DNA from: Pseudomonadales bacterium
Lineage (GTDB): Bacteria; Pseudomonadota; Gammaproteobacteria; Pseudomonadales; UBA7434
Assembly: GCA_965263235.1 (NCBI GenBank)
Contig: OZ253667.1
Location: forward strand, 2,116,575 to 2,180,574
DNA length: 64,000 bases
Direction of reading: 5' to 3'
A program made the position numbers and the translations under genes. Of this stretch, positions 41,229 through 50,833 are shown in pieces. Positions within the stretch are counted from its first letter, which is position 1, and every line of letters starts with the position of its first letter. The notes under the pieces are model-generated. The model was not told the DNA's origin, searched no databases, and saw only the letters and a program-made list of their open reading frames with translations.

Positions 41229-41264
41229 GGGATGAAATACTCACAATTTCATCCCCTTATTTGT
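41229..41264 (+). terminator. Terminator after the pilus operon
   Basis: Stem gggatgaaa/tttcatccc with a 9-nt loop, followed by a T-rich cttatttgtg. Confidence 0.5.
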
Positions 41265-41266
41265 GC

Positions 41267-41294
41267 TTGCACTTTCAATTCGACTGCGTAGAAT
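41267..41294 (+). promoter_or_regulatory. Putative sigma-70 promoter of tRNA-Glu
   Basis: TTGCAC - 16 nt - TAGAAT, ending ~20 nt before the tRNA 5' end. Confidence 0.5.
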
Positions 41295-41313
41295 ACCCGC
41301 CTTCCTGAGCTGC

Positions 41314-41389
41314 GTCCCCTTCGTCTAGTGGCCTAGGACACCGCCCTTTCACGGCGGTAACAGGGGTTCGAGTCCCCTAGGGGACGCCA
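41314..41389 (+). tRNA. tRNA-Glu (anticodon TTC)
   Basis: GTCCCCTTCGTCTAGTGGCCTAGGACACCGCCCTTTCACGGCGGTAACAGGGGTTCGAGTCCCCTAGGGGACGCCA, nearly identical to E. coli tRNA-Glu as I recall it. Confidence 0.95.
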
Positions 41390-41429
41390 TATGTCTTACG
41401 TATGTGCGTTTTACGTCAACTGCGTTAAA

Positions 41430-41459
41430 AAGCCCTCAGCTCTGCTGGGGGCTTTTTTT
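41430..41459 (+). terminator. Rho-independent terminator after tRNA-Glu
   Basis: agccctcagc / gctgggggct stem (one G-U pair), followed by T7. Confidence 0.65.
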
Positions 41460-41510
41460 ATGCGCATTCAACTAGACAGTTAGCATCACAACACTATTAG
41501 AGAAACCAGC

Positions 41511-42614
41511 ATGAAAAGCTTTACGATAGGAATCTTCGAAGGTGACGGTATCGGGCCAGAAATTATGGCCGAAGGGATTAAAGTACTGAAACTGATAGAA
41601 GCAAGAAACGACGTAAGCTTTAATCTAAAACACGCCGCGTTTGGGGCGAACGCTTATTTTTCGCATGGTGATGCTTTCCCGGAAGAAGCAAAACAAATCT
41701 GCGATACCGCTGATGCCATTCTAAAAGGCCCTATCGGCCTGAGCCACGAAGAGTCGAAGAAAATCCCTGTCGATATGCAACCGGAGCGCGGCGCGCTGCT
41801 TCCAATGCGGCGCCGGTTAAATACCTATGCGAACTATCGCCCTGTTTCTCTACCCAGAGAACTCGCACATTTCTCGCCGCTGAAACCCGAAGTTATTGGC
41901 GATGGTATCGATATGATTATGGTTCGCGAGCTCGTTGGCGGCTTGTACTTCGGCAATAAGGAAGTTGGTGTCAATGCCGACGGCAAACGCTATGTCAACG
42001 AATCACTAGAGTACGACGAAGACCAGATCGCTCGTATCCTGCATAAAGCTTTTGGTATTGCCCAGGGTAGAAAGAAGCGTCTACACAACATTCACAAGAG
42101 CAACGTTTTGAAGTCGAGCGTACTTTGGAATGAAGTACTCGAAGAAGTTCGCGTTGAATACCCCGATGTAGAAGTCATTCACACTCTCGTCGACGCCGCG
42201 GCGACCGCATTGTGCCTTAACCCAGGCCAGTTCGACGTTATGGTAATGGAAAATATGTTTGGCGATATTTTAAGTGACCAGGGTGGTGGCATCCTGGGTT
42301 CGCTTGGCCTAATGCCATCAGCCTGCCTTGGACCAGAACGCGCCTACTACGAGCCTTCGCACGGTTCTGCACCAGATATCGCCGGGAAAAACATTGCGAA
42401 CCCCTATTCTATGATCGGCTCTGTCGCGATGATGCTTGAATACAGTCTGGACATGCGCGATGAAGCGCGTTGCATCTGGCAGGCAATGCAATCGGTGTTC
42501 GGCCAGGGTTATTCAACTGCTGATCTATCCAAACCCAATAGCAACGTCAAAATGTTGGGTACCGCAGAGTTTGGCGAAAAAGTGCTGGAAGCGCTAAAGA
42601 GCATTACCCCCTAG
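41511..42614 (+). CDS. Isocitrate/isopropylmalate dehydrogenase family protein (LeuB/tartrate dehydrogenase-like)
   Basis: 367-aa ORF with N-terminal GDGIGPEI and ENMFGDILSD motifs. Substrate cannot be resolved by eye. Confidence 0.85.
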   Translation: MKSFTIGIFEGDGIGPEIMAEGIKVLKLIEARNDVSFNLKHAAFGANAYFSHGDAFPEEAKQICDTADAILKGPIGLSHEESKKIPVDMQPERGALLPMRRRLNTYANYRPVSLPRELAHFSPLKPEVIGDGIDMIMVRELVGGLYFGNKEVGVNADGKRYVNESLEYDEDQIARILHKAFGIAQGRKKRLHNIHKSNVLKSSVLWNEVLEEVRVEYPDVEVIHTLVDAAATALCLNPGQFDVMVMENMFGDILSDQGGGILGSLGLMPSACLGPERAYYEPSHGSAPDIAGKNIANPYSMIGSVAMMLEYSLDMRDEARCIWQAMQSVFGQGYSTADLSKPNSNVKMLGTAEFGEKVLEALKSITP

Positions 42615-42637
42615 CAAACTACAATAAACGGCGGCGG

Positions 42638-43300
42638 TTAATCTCGACCGCCGTTTATAAAGCCACTACCGTCCTGGCTACCTTCCGCTAGCGGCACAAG
42701 ACTTAGCTTTGTCTTAACCTCTGTTTTATTCTTATGTGCCGCTTCGTTTGCGGCAGATCTTGAGCCCGCACAACTTCTTTCCCAGATAGACTCTATATTC
42801 AACTTTGCTGACGATCTTGATGCTTCGCGCTGAGACACACTTGCCGATGCTCTGCTGACAACTGGTATATTTTTCTCTTGAATGCCGTTTTCCATTTCCG
42901 CCCGCAGGCTACTCAACTCCTGTTCTAACACACTTATTCTATTTTTTAATCTTGAGCGCTCTCTTACAAGACGATTTAACAGATGCGCAACTTCTTTGGC
43001 ATCGTCGCCGTTTTCATGCATTTTTAGCTCCTCAACATTGGGTAGCGGCGGCATATTTGCGCCAGGGATTTTATTCTTATTAGCGGCTGTTCCACTCTGT
43101 TCAGCCATCTGCTTATCCATGCTTAGATATTCTTTTTTTAATCCTCTTGCGATCGCACTATTTATTTTTTTTCTATCTGCATCCATGTTTTCGTGCAGCT
43201 CTTTACGCGCGCACGCATAACACAAGCTTGCGTCGCCCTTCGAACGAAACACTTTCTGTGCCTGTAAAGACGTCTCACAACGATGACAAACGACTGACAT
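42638..43300 (-). CDS. Hypothetical zinc-ribbon plus coiled-coil protein
   Basis: 220-aa ORF with N-terminal CHRC-x17-CYAC. It also has a heptad-like region, LLNRLVRERSRLKNRISVLEQELSSLRAEMENG. I recognise no family. Confidence 0.5.
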   Translation of the reverse strand: MSVVCHRCETSLQAQKVFRSKGDASLCYACARKELHENMDADRKKINSAIARGLKKEYLSMDKQMAEQSGTAANKNKIPGANMPPLPNVEELKMHENGDDAKEVAHLLNRLVRERSRLKNRISVLEQELSSLRAEMENGIQEKNIPVVSRASASVSQREASRSSAKLNIESIWERSCAGSRSAANEAAHKNKTEVKTKLSLVPLAEGSQDGSGFINGGRD

Positions 43301-43475
43301 AGCCCAATCCTAACCTTCAATAACTTTTCTAATTTCTATGGCGTAGCCTTGCGACACACGCACTGGTTATTATTTAAGCAATATGTATCCCCTGGAAAAG
43401 TATTTTCTTATTTTTCAATAGGTTATCAGCTCTTCGCAGCTCCAAAAGCAAGCGAGAAACCCGCATTTTGTATAA

Positions 43476-43970
43476 TTATTCGACAGCATTACCTCTTTCT
43501 TTTAATTTAGCCCTAACACCCATCAATACTCGCCCATAGGCGTTTTTGCCCCTTCGATCCCTGCCGCAACCCCAAAAATAGTCGTACTGACTATTTTCGA
43601 CCAGCCTCGCATTCTCGGTAGCCATTATCGCGTCAAAGACCTCGGGGTGAGTGAGACTTTTGGTATAAACCGCGCGTGTCATAAACACTTCGCGCACCTC
43701 TCGCCAGTCGTTTCTAATTCGTTTGAACCTGGTTCGCCCCAGCTTTTTAGCGGCATCAGGTGATGCCGCATCGCGAATTTTGCACCGATAAGCTTCATCT
43801 TTAAACTTCATCGCGTGAAAGTAGTGCTCGACCGTGGGCCATGTGTGACCATCAAGTTCAAACGGAAACGGGGAATACGCGCTTAATGGGTCGTCATAGT
43901 CTTTTCTGGATAAATAAATTGCATCTTCATCTTGCTCTGGAAACAAGCCCATACTCATTTGCTCTCCCAA
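43476..43970 (-). CDS. NADAR (YbiA/DUF1768) family protein
   Basis: 164-aa ORF with EHYFHAMKF and FWGCG...GKNAYGRVLMGVR signatures. It starts 18 bp after the symporter stop. Confidence 0.8.
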   Translation of the reverse strand: MGEQMSMGLFPEQDEDAIYLSRKDYDDPLSAYSPFPFELDGHTWPTVEHYFHAMKFKDEAYRCKIRDAASPDAAKKLGRTRFKRIRNDWREVREVFMTRAVYTKSLTHPEVFDAIMATENARLVENSQYDYFWGCGRDRRGKNAYGRVLMGVRAKLKERGNAVE

Positions 43971-43987
43971 TCAACATTATTAACCTG

Positions 43988-45253
43988 TTAGTCTTTAATC
44001 TCACCCATGTGCACGTCTTGAAATTTCTCCAAATCTATTTGCCCTTCACTTTTTGCAACGATTGCGCTAACCACAGCATCACCAGTCACATTTACTGAAG
44101 TTCTCAACATATCGAGTAATCGGTCAACGCCTAGAAGCAATCCAATACCCTCAACCGGCAAACCGACCTGAGAAAAAACCATCGTCAACATCACCAACCC
44201 GACACCAGGGACAGCAGCCGTTCCTATGGACGCCAACACTGCCATCACTACTACCAGTAAATAACTACTCAGTGTTAAATCGACGCCGTAGACATTTGCA
44301 ACAAACACTGTCGCGACACCTTGCATCATTGCGGTGCCATCCATATTTATTGTTGCACCAAAAGGAACCGTAAATGCGCCAATGGACTTATCCACGCCCA
44401 TCCGTGTTGTAACGCAACGTAGGGTAACCGGGATAGTGGCGCCCGAACTTGCTGTGCTAAACGCAAACATCTGCGCAGAACGAATCTTTAAAAGAAATGT
44501 TTTAATACTCAAGCGCGTAAATAATTTAAACAACGCCATCTGCGTAAGGAAAACATGCAGCAATAATACGATCGCTAACACGACAACGTATCCCGCCAGT
44601 TCCGCGAGTAATCCCAGGCCCAGATCGGCCATCGCTTTTGCAATAAGACAAAAAACCGCTATCGGCGCGGCGTGCATAACAAACGTCACCAGGCTCATCA
44701 TGACAATATTCATTTGTTCGAAAAAGTTGACTACCGCTGGTACCTGGTCTTTAACACTAAGCAAACATATGGCAAGCAATATAGAAAAAAAGATAATTGC
44801 TAGCATATCGCCATTTGCCATCGCGGAAATAACGTTTGACGGCACAATGCCGATTAACACATCGGAAAACGGTGGTGCTTCTTTTCCGACAAAACCTGTG
44901 TCGACAGCTATGGAAAGGCCTGAACCGACGTCGGCGAGCACGGCTATAAGCAATGCGCTCGTAATGGCGATGGCGGTCGTAAGCAAATATAAAACAAAAG
45001 ATTTGCTTCCGACGCGACCTAGCAAACGAATATCCCCAATCCCAAGCACGCCCGGAACCAGGGAAAATATGACCAACGGTACCACCAACATCTTCAGGCC
45101 GTTGACAAAGGCTTTTCCGACAACGTGAAAAGCTCCATCAACCACATAGGTATTTATCCAGGAGTTTTCTGCATTAAAGCCGCCAATATTCAAGATCAAT
45201 CCGAACGCGATCCCGGCGACCAGCGATATAGCTATTTTTGTTGTTAAATTCAT
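43988..45253 (-). CDS. Dicarboxylate/amino acid:cation symporter (DAACS family)
   Basis: 421-aa polytopic membrane ORF with typical DAACS C-terminal segments (GATINMDGTA, DRLLDMLRTSVNVTGD). Confidence 0.9.
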   Translation of the reverse strand: MNLTTKIAISLVAGIAFGLILNIGGFNAENSWINTYVVDGAFHVVGKAFVNGLKMLVVPLVIFSLVPGVLGIGDIRLLGRVGSKSFVLYLLTTAIAITSALLIAVLADVGSGLSIAVDTGFVGKEAPPFSDVLIGIVPSNVISAMANGDMLAIIFFSILLAICLLSVKDQVPAVVNFFEQMNIVMMSLVTFVMHAAPIAVFCLIAKAMADLGLGLLAELAGYVVVLAIVLLLHVFLTQMALFKLFTRLSIKTFLLKIRSAQMFAFSTASSGATIPVTLRCVTTRMGVDKSIGAFTVPFGATINMDGTAMMQGVATVFVANVYGVDLTLSSYLLVVVMAVLASIGTAAVPGVGLVMLTMVFSQVGLPVEGIGLLLGVDRLLDMLRTSVNVTGDAVVSAIVAKSEGQIDLEKFQDVHMGEIKD

Positions 45254-45385
45254 AAAAAGCCTTTTATAACGAGTAGCCCATAAGGGCCTTATACTTTAGT
45301 CGAGATTTGAATAATAAAATAACACTTGCATGCCTACCTGACCGAAATGCCGTTGATAATACGCGCCGATTTTAGAAATGCATGG

Positions 45386-45414
45386 GTCACATACGGTGAG
45401 TAATTTCGTATAAT
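45386..45414 (+). promoter_or_regulatory. Putative sigma-70 promoter of icd
   Basis: GTCACA - 17 nt - TATAAT (45409-45414), ~70 nt upstream of the icd start. Confidence 0.4.
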
Positions 45415-45483
45415 ACCGCAGTTCACAACGGCCAAACCCAGGCTTCGTTGTCTTTAACCTATCACTAAACAGGTGATCACTCT

Positions 45484-47709
45484 ATGTCCGGAAAAACCAG
45501 CAAGATTTACTACACGTTAACTGATGAAGCCCCTGCGCTCGCCACTGCATCTCTCCTCCCAATCATTCGCCAATTTACATCTGCAGCTAATATCGACGTC
45601 GAACTAACCGATATTTCATTAGCGGGCCGTGTTTTAGCAGCGTTTAACGATTTGCTACCGGACAATCAAAAGGTTGAAGATGGTCTCGCATTTTTAGGCG
45701 AGCTGACGCAAGATCCAGCTGCCTGCATCGTTAAACTTCCAAACATCAGCGCGTCAGTACCCCAGCTAAAAGCCTGTATTGCCGAGCTCCAGGAAAAGGG
45801 TTACGCGATTCCCGATTTCCCTGAAGCGCCAACCAACGAAGAAGAGCAGGACTTTCGCGACCGCTATGGCACCGTTTTAGGCAGTGCTGTAAACCCCGTT
45901 CTGCGCGAAGGTAACTCTGATCGCCGTGCACCACCCGCGGTAAAGCAATACGCTAAAAAATTCCCCCACTCTATGGGCGAATGGAGTAAGGCGTCACGTA
46001 GCCATGCAGATTACATGGATGGCGGTGACTTTTTCTCTAGCGAAAAATCCTTCACCTCCCCTAAAGACCAGACGATTCGAATTGAGTTCGTTAAAGCTGA
46101 CGGCGAAGTAGAAGTTAAAAAAGAGTTGCGGATTTTGGAAGGCGAAGTAATTGATGGCATGTTTATGAGTGCCAAAAAGCTTTGCGACTTTTTTGAGGAA
46201 AGCTTGAACGACGCGAAAAAAACCGGCGTGATGTGGTCGTTGCATGTTAAGGCAACAATGATGAAAGTCTCCCACCCTATTGTTTTTGGCCACGCGGTTA
46301 AAACCTTTTATCGCGGCGCGTTCGAAAAGTACGGCGATGTTTTCGATAAGCTGGGCGTTAACCCCAACAATGGGCTAGGCAATGTTTATAACAAAATCGC
46401 TGATCTTCCTCGCAGCTGGCGCGAAGAAATCGAGCACGACATTCACGCCTGTTACGACGAGCGCCCAGAACTTGCCATGGTTGACTCTGTTAAAGGCATC
46501 TCAAACCTGCACGTGCCTAGCGATGTAATCGTCGACGCCTCCATGCCGGCGATGATTCGTAACTCTGGACAAATGTGGGGCCCGGATGGAAAGCCCAAAG
46601 ATACCAAAGCGGTAATGCCTGAAAGCACCTACGCCAGAATTTACCAGGAAGTCATCAACTTCTGTAAAACGCATGGCGCATTTGATCCAACAACCATTGG
46701 CACCGTACCTAACGTCGGGCTTATGGCGAAAAAAGCAGAAGAATACGGTTCTCACAACAAAACGTTTGAACTGGACGAAGACGGCATCATGCGAATTGTC
46801 GATGAGAATGGCAACGTCCTTATGGAGCACGCCGTTGAGAAAGACGACATCTGGCGCGCCTGCCAGACTAAAGATGAAGCTGTGCGCGACTGGGTAAAAC
46901 TTGCCGTCACACGCTCACGCGCGTCGAATACACCTGCGATTTTCTGGTTGGACGACGAGCGCGCCCATGATATGGAGCTCAAAAAGAAAGTCGAAACCTA
47001 TCTAAAAGATCACGATACCGAAGGACTGGACATTCGCATCATGGCTTATGTGCCCGCTATTCGCGTGTCAATGGAGCGACAAATTCGCGGACTAGACACT
47101 ATCTCCGTCACCGGCAACGTATTGCGAGACTACCTCACCGACCTGTTCCCGATATTAGAACTCGGCACCTCAGCCAAAATGCTTTCTATCGTTCCTATGC
47201 TTAACGGTGGTGGCATGTACGAAACTGGTGCAGGCGGATCGGCGCCTAAACACGTACAACAGGTGCAGGAAGAAAACCATTTACGATGGGACTCGCTAGG
47301 TGAGTTTATGGCGCTTGGCGTAGCGCTGGAAGATATCGGCGACAAACAGGATAATGAAAGCGCAAAGATTCTGGGAACAGCTCTGGATCAGGCCACAGGA
47401 AAACTGTTAGAGAACAACAAGTCTCCCTCGCGTCGCACTGGCGAACTGGATAACCGGGGTAGTCATTTTTATCTAGCAATGTACTGGGCAGAATCCATGA
47501 GTGAGAACAGCTCAAATGCCGAATTGGCCAGCAGATTCAAAAAGCTTGCTGCATCGCTAAAAGAGAACGAAGAAAAAATTCTTGCCGAGCTTTCTGAAGT
47601 ACAAGGTTCAGAAGCGGATTTAGGCGGTTACTACGCGTTCGACGATAAAAAATGTGATGCAATCATGCGCCCTAGCGAAACGCTAAACGCATGTTTGAGT
47701 TCGCTATAA
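45484..47709 (+). CDS. icd: NADP-dependent isocitrate dehydrogenase, monomeric type
   Basis: 741-aa ORF. The N-terminus [15 protein letters not shown] and the length are characteristic of monomeric IDH. Confidence 0.95.
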   Translation: MSGKTSKIYYTLTDEAPALATASLLPIIRQFTSAANIDVELTDISLAGRVLAAFNDLLPDNQKVEDGLAFLGELTQDPAACIVKLPNISASVPQLKACIAELQEKGYAIPDFPEAPTNEEEQDFRDRYGTVLGSAVNPVLREGNSDRRAPPAVKQYAKKFPHSMGEWSKASRSHADYMDGGDFFSSEKSFTSPKDQTIRIEFVKADGEVEVKKELRILEGEVIDGMFMSAKKLCDFFEESLNDAKKTGVMWSLHVKATMMKVSHPIVFGHAVKTFYRGAFEKYGDVFDKLGVNPNNGLGNVYNKIADLPRSWREEIEHDIHACYDERPELAMVDSVKGISNLHVPSDVIVDASMPAMIRNSGQMWGPDGKPKDTKAVMPESTYARIYQEVINFCKTHGAFDPTTIGTVPNVGLMAKKAEEYGSHNKTFELDEDGIMRIVDENGNVLMEHAVEKDDIWRACQTKDEAVRDWVKLAVTRSRASNTPAIFWLDDERAHDMELKKKVETYLKDHDTEGLDIRIMAYVPAIRVSMERQIRGLDTISVTGNVLRDYLTDLFPILELGTSAKMLSIVPMLNGGGMYETGAGGSAPKHVQQVQEENHLRWDSLGEFMALGVALEDIGDKQDNESAKILGTALDQATGKLLENNKSPSRRTGELDNRGSHFYLAMYWAESMSENSSNAELASRFKKLAASLKENEEKILAELSEVQGSEADLGGYYAFDDKKCDAIMRPSETLNACLSSL

Positions 47710-47873
47710 AATAGCCGGCGTAGGGAACGCAAAACGCCTTTCTTCATATAGAACACACGCCCCTGCTTTGTACAATAGTGTCAGAGCGGGGTTTTGTGTC
47801 TATAGCGTAAAAGACAGATACCGCTTAAGATGGGCGCACAACAGGAATAATCATAACTCCAAATTTAATTGCT

Positions 47874-49205
47874 ATGGATATCAGGAACAAAAGTGATCGA
47901 CGCGTCGTGATCACCGGCCTAGGCCCGGTTTCCCCAGTTGGGATTGGCGTCGAACCGTTCTGGGAATCGGTCAAACACGGCAAAAGCAACTATCGCAAAA
48001 TTTCGCGGTTTTCTACTGAAAACGCGAAGACCAACATTGCTGCGGAAATGGATGTCTTTGTTCCAAAATTAAAAGGCGGCAAGTTTTCAAGCCCTCCAGA
48101 CAACTTTACGGGGCTCAATGTTGGAGAATATGTTCATCCTAAAACGTTCAGGAAAATCGAAAGGTTCGGCATCGAGAGTGGCGGCTGGTCGCTGTACTAT
48201 GCCATTGCAGCGGCAAAGCTAGCCGTTCAAGACGCAAAGCTCGATCTAGATAACGAAGACAAAGAACGCGTCGGTGTAACCATTTCTGCTGCCAGCGGCG
48301 ACGCGCAACTCAGCAGGCTGGGTCCTCCGGTGTTTGATATCACGCAATACGGAGCGCTCGGTGGGCTGGTGGGAAGTATTGCATTTGAATTTGGCCTGCA
48401 CGGTACAGGCATCCCGACTGCGGGTGCCTGCGCCAGCGGTGGCATTAGCCTTAGAGCGGGGTATCTCGAAATAATGTCCGGCGCCCAGGAAGTAATGCTA
48501 ACCGGTTCTACCTCGGCCGCCCTTGCAAGCCCACTCTTATTTGAAGCGTATGACGAACCACGGTTCGGTGGGCCAATGTCGACAGAAAATGACCTTGCCC
48601 ACCCCATGAAACCTTTTGACATCAATCGCAAGGGCTTTGCACTCAGCGAAGGTGCTGGGGTTATCGTGCTCGAAGAGCTTGAACATGCGAAAGCGCGCGG
48701 GGCAAAAATTTACGCTGAAGTGCTTGGCTTTGGTCATAGCACTGACACAGCAGAACATTTTGCTGACGTGAGCATCGGCGGCTATACTCGCGCTATGACA
48801 CAATCGCTCAACAACTGTGGGCTGACGCTAGACGAGATTAACAACAGCAAGGTTTATCTCAACAGTCACGGCACAGCGACGAAAAAGAACGATTTAATTG
48901 AAGCACAGGCAATTCAAAGTGTATTTGGCGACCAGACTGAATCACTTATGATTAATTCAATAAAAGGTACAACTGGGCACGCCCAGGAAGCGGCTTCTTC
49001 TCACGAGCTTATCTCCTGCGCACTCTCGCTTGAAAAAGGTATCATTCCCCCAACGACAGGACTGGAAACACTCGACCCCGAGTGCGGCAACCTGAACTTC
49101 ATCCGGGATAAGTTTCACGAAACCAACATTGACTATGTGTTTAAAAATGCTTCTGGCTTTTGCGGCCCTTACGTGACAACCGTTTTAAAAAAATATAGTG
49201 AATAA
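47874..49205 (+). CDS. Divergent beta-ketoacyl synthase (KAS I/II-family) protein
   Basis: 443-aa ORF with RRVVITGLGPVSPVG. Cys-His-His contexts are TAGACASGG, NSHGTATKKND and IKGTTGHAQEAASS. The C-terminal NASGFCGP diverges from the FabF motif NSFGFGGTN. Confidence 0.85.
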   Translation: MDIRNKSDRRVVITGLGPVSPVGIGVEPFWESVKHGKSNYRKISRFSTENAKTNIAAEMDVFVPKLKGGKFSSPPDNFTGLNVGEYVHPKTFRKIERFGIESGGWSLYYAIAAAKLAVQDAKLDLDNEDKERVGVTISAASGDAQLSRLGPPVFDITQYGALGGLVGSIAFEFGLHGTGIPTAGACASGGISLRAGYLEIMSGAQEVMLTGSTSAALASPLLFEAYDEPRFGGPMSTENDLAHPMKPFDINRKGFALSEGAGVIVLEELEHAKARGAKIYAEVLGFGHSTDTAEHFADVSIGGYTRAMTQSLNNCGLTLDEINNSKVYLNSHGTATKKNDLIEAQAIQSVFGDQTESLMINSIKGTTGHAQEAASSHELISCALSLEKGIIPPTTGLETLDPECGNLNFIRDKFHETNIDYVFKNASGFCGPYVTTVLKKYSE

Positions 49206-49265
49206 TATCAATCCTAACGATTAGCTATAGTAATCGGCCAAATCATTCAACGACTTTACGTTAGT

Positions 49266-50828
49266 GTGCAAAAAATGCTTCGTAAAACAAACACCAGGCT
49301 CGCCAAAAAATATAACGCCTATAAACTTTCCATTTTGGCATTTAAAAGCTACGCGTTCCGCTTTTATATGGGAATCATCATTGGCTTTCTGTTGATCTGG
49401 ACGCTGCTTGCCATTTCCATTTTTGAAATAATTACTCGCAACAGTGAAAACCGGATTCTCGGCGAGCTAGATGAAGAAATTCAGTTGCTCGCCTCTATCC
49501 GTGAAACCCAGGGCGAACAGGCATTTATCGAAAGCGTATCATCTATTCGTTATTCATACAGTTTATACAGTTACTATTACTTGTACGCAGACGCGCAGAA
49601 AAATCATATTGCAGGGGATATCCTTAAGTGGCCGGACATATTGCGTACTAAAAACGATATTAGCTACTTCGACATCCCCATTAAATCTTATTTTGAACCT
49701 GAAAGAGGCACCACTCACCTGATGGCAAAGGTTCATCAATTCGAAGATGGACGCCAGCTGCTGGTTGCCAACAGCACGCGTATATTTTCGGTGTTCCAGC
49801 AATCGTTTTATAACGGCGGGATTATAGCGCTCAGCATCGCGACGCCGCTCGGCGTTATCAGTGCTTTTTTTACAGCGTTTTTAACCCAACGAGAATTAGA
49901 TTCCTTTAATCGAAGTATCCGGCGAATCATGGCGGGCGATCTTAACGAGAGGATAAAAGTCGACGCCATCAAAATAGAAAGTAAAGAAATGGCTGAAAAC
50001 CTTAACGCCATGCTCGATAAGATTTGCCTCCTTATGGAAGATGTTAGAAGAGTTTCTGACAACATCGCCCATGACCTGAACACACCACTTGCCCGGCTTC
50101 GCAACGACATTAAAAAGCTTATACAGCAGTCGAGTAACGATAGAAAACCTGAATTAGAAGCATTGCTTGTCGAGTGTAACGACATTCTAGAAACGTTTAG
50201 TTCACTTTTGCTGGTTGCGAAAATCGAATCGGGCGGAGCATCTATAGACAAACAACCCCTCGATCTGGAAACCGTCGTTTTAGATGTCGTCGACCTGTAC
50301 GAACCGCTCGCAGAATCGAAAAACATAAAAATAAGCTCGCTATTTCAAGGCGACCGAAATGTAGTTGGCGATCGAAACCTGTTGTTTCAGATTATCGCCA
50401 ACATCGTCGACAACTCGATCAAATACTCCAACAAAGACGGTGAAATAACAATCTCGTTAAAACGAGGCATCGTACGATCAGGATCATGTGCACTAGACAC
50501 GATCAATAACGGTTCTGAGCAAGAACTGGATAGCAGTATCACCAACGTATCAGAATACGAATCACAGAATTACTTAAGTGTTGTTATTTCTGATCAGGGT
50601 ATTGGCTTACCGGCCAGCAGCCACAAAAAGATCTTTCAGCGTTTTTATCGAGAAGAAAAAAGCAGAAGCCTTAAACCTGGTAACGGCCTGGGACTCAGCA
50701 TGGTAATGGCCGTAATGCAAATTCATAAAGGCGCAATCTATGTCGACTCTTTAAACCCCGGATTAAGCATCGCGCTGGTATTCCCGGCCTCGACGTTAGC
50801 TGCCTACGCGCCTGCCATTGCGAGCTAG
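49266..50828 (+). CDS. Orphan sensor histidine kinase (2 TM, HAMP, HisKA, HATPase)
   Basis: 520-aa ORF (possible ATG start at 49275) with H-box SDNIAHDLNTPLARL and G-box GNGLGLSMV. No response regulator is adjacent. Confidence 0.85.
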   Translation: MQKMLRKTNTRLAKKYNAYKLSILAFKSYAFRFYMGIIIGFLLIWTLLAISIFEIITRNSENRILGELDEEIQLLASIRETQGEQAFIESVSSIRYSYSLYSYYYLYADAQKNHIAGDILKWPDILRTKNDISYFDIPIKSYFEPERGTTHLMAKVHQFEDGRQLLVANSTRIFSVFQQSFYNGGIIALSIATPLGVISAFFTAFLTQRELDSFNRSIRRIMAGDLNERIKVDAIKIESKEMAENLNAMLDKICLLMEDVRRVSDNIAHDLNTPLARLRNDIKKLIQQSSNDRKPELEALLVECNDILETFSSLLLVAKIESGGASIDKQPLDLETVVLDVVDLYEPLAESKNIKISSLFQGDRNVVGDRNLLFQIIANIVDNSIKYSNKDGEITISLKRGIVRSGSCALDTINNGSEQELDSSITNVSEYESQNYLSVVISDQGIGLPASSHKKIFQRFYREEKSRSLKPGNGLGLSMVMAVMQIHKGAIYVDSLNPGLSIALVFPASTLAAYAPAIAS

Positions 50829-50833
50829 AAAAA

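Noticed and set aside
44334..45128. 264-aa plus-strand ORF antisense to the DAACS symporter gene
   Set aside because: It is fully contained in a confidently called membrane transporter gene. Its translation is a Thr/Ser/Ala/Ile-rich mirror of the TM segments with no SD, a typical antisense artefact.
49808..50326. 172-aa minus-strand ORF antisense to the orphan histidine kinase
   Set aside because: It overlaps the HAMP and HisKA coding region, where the H-box is clear on the plus strand. The antisense product is Ser/Leu-rich with no start context.
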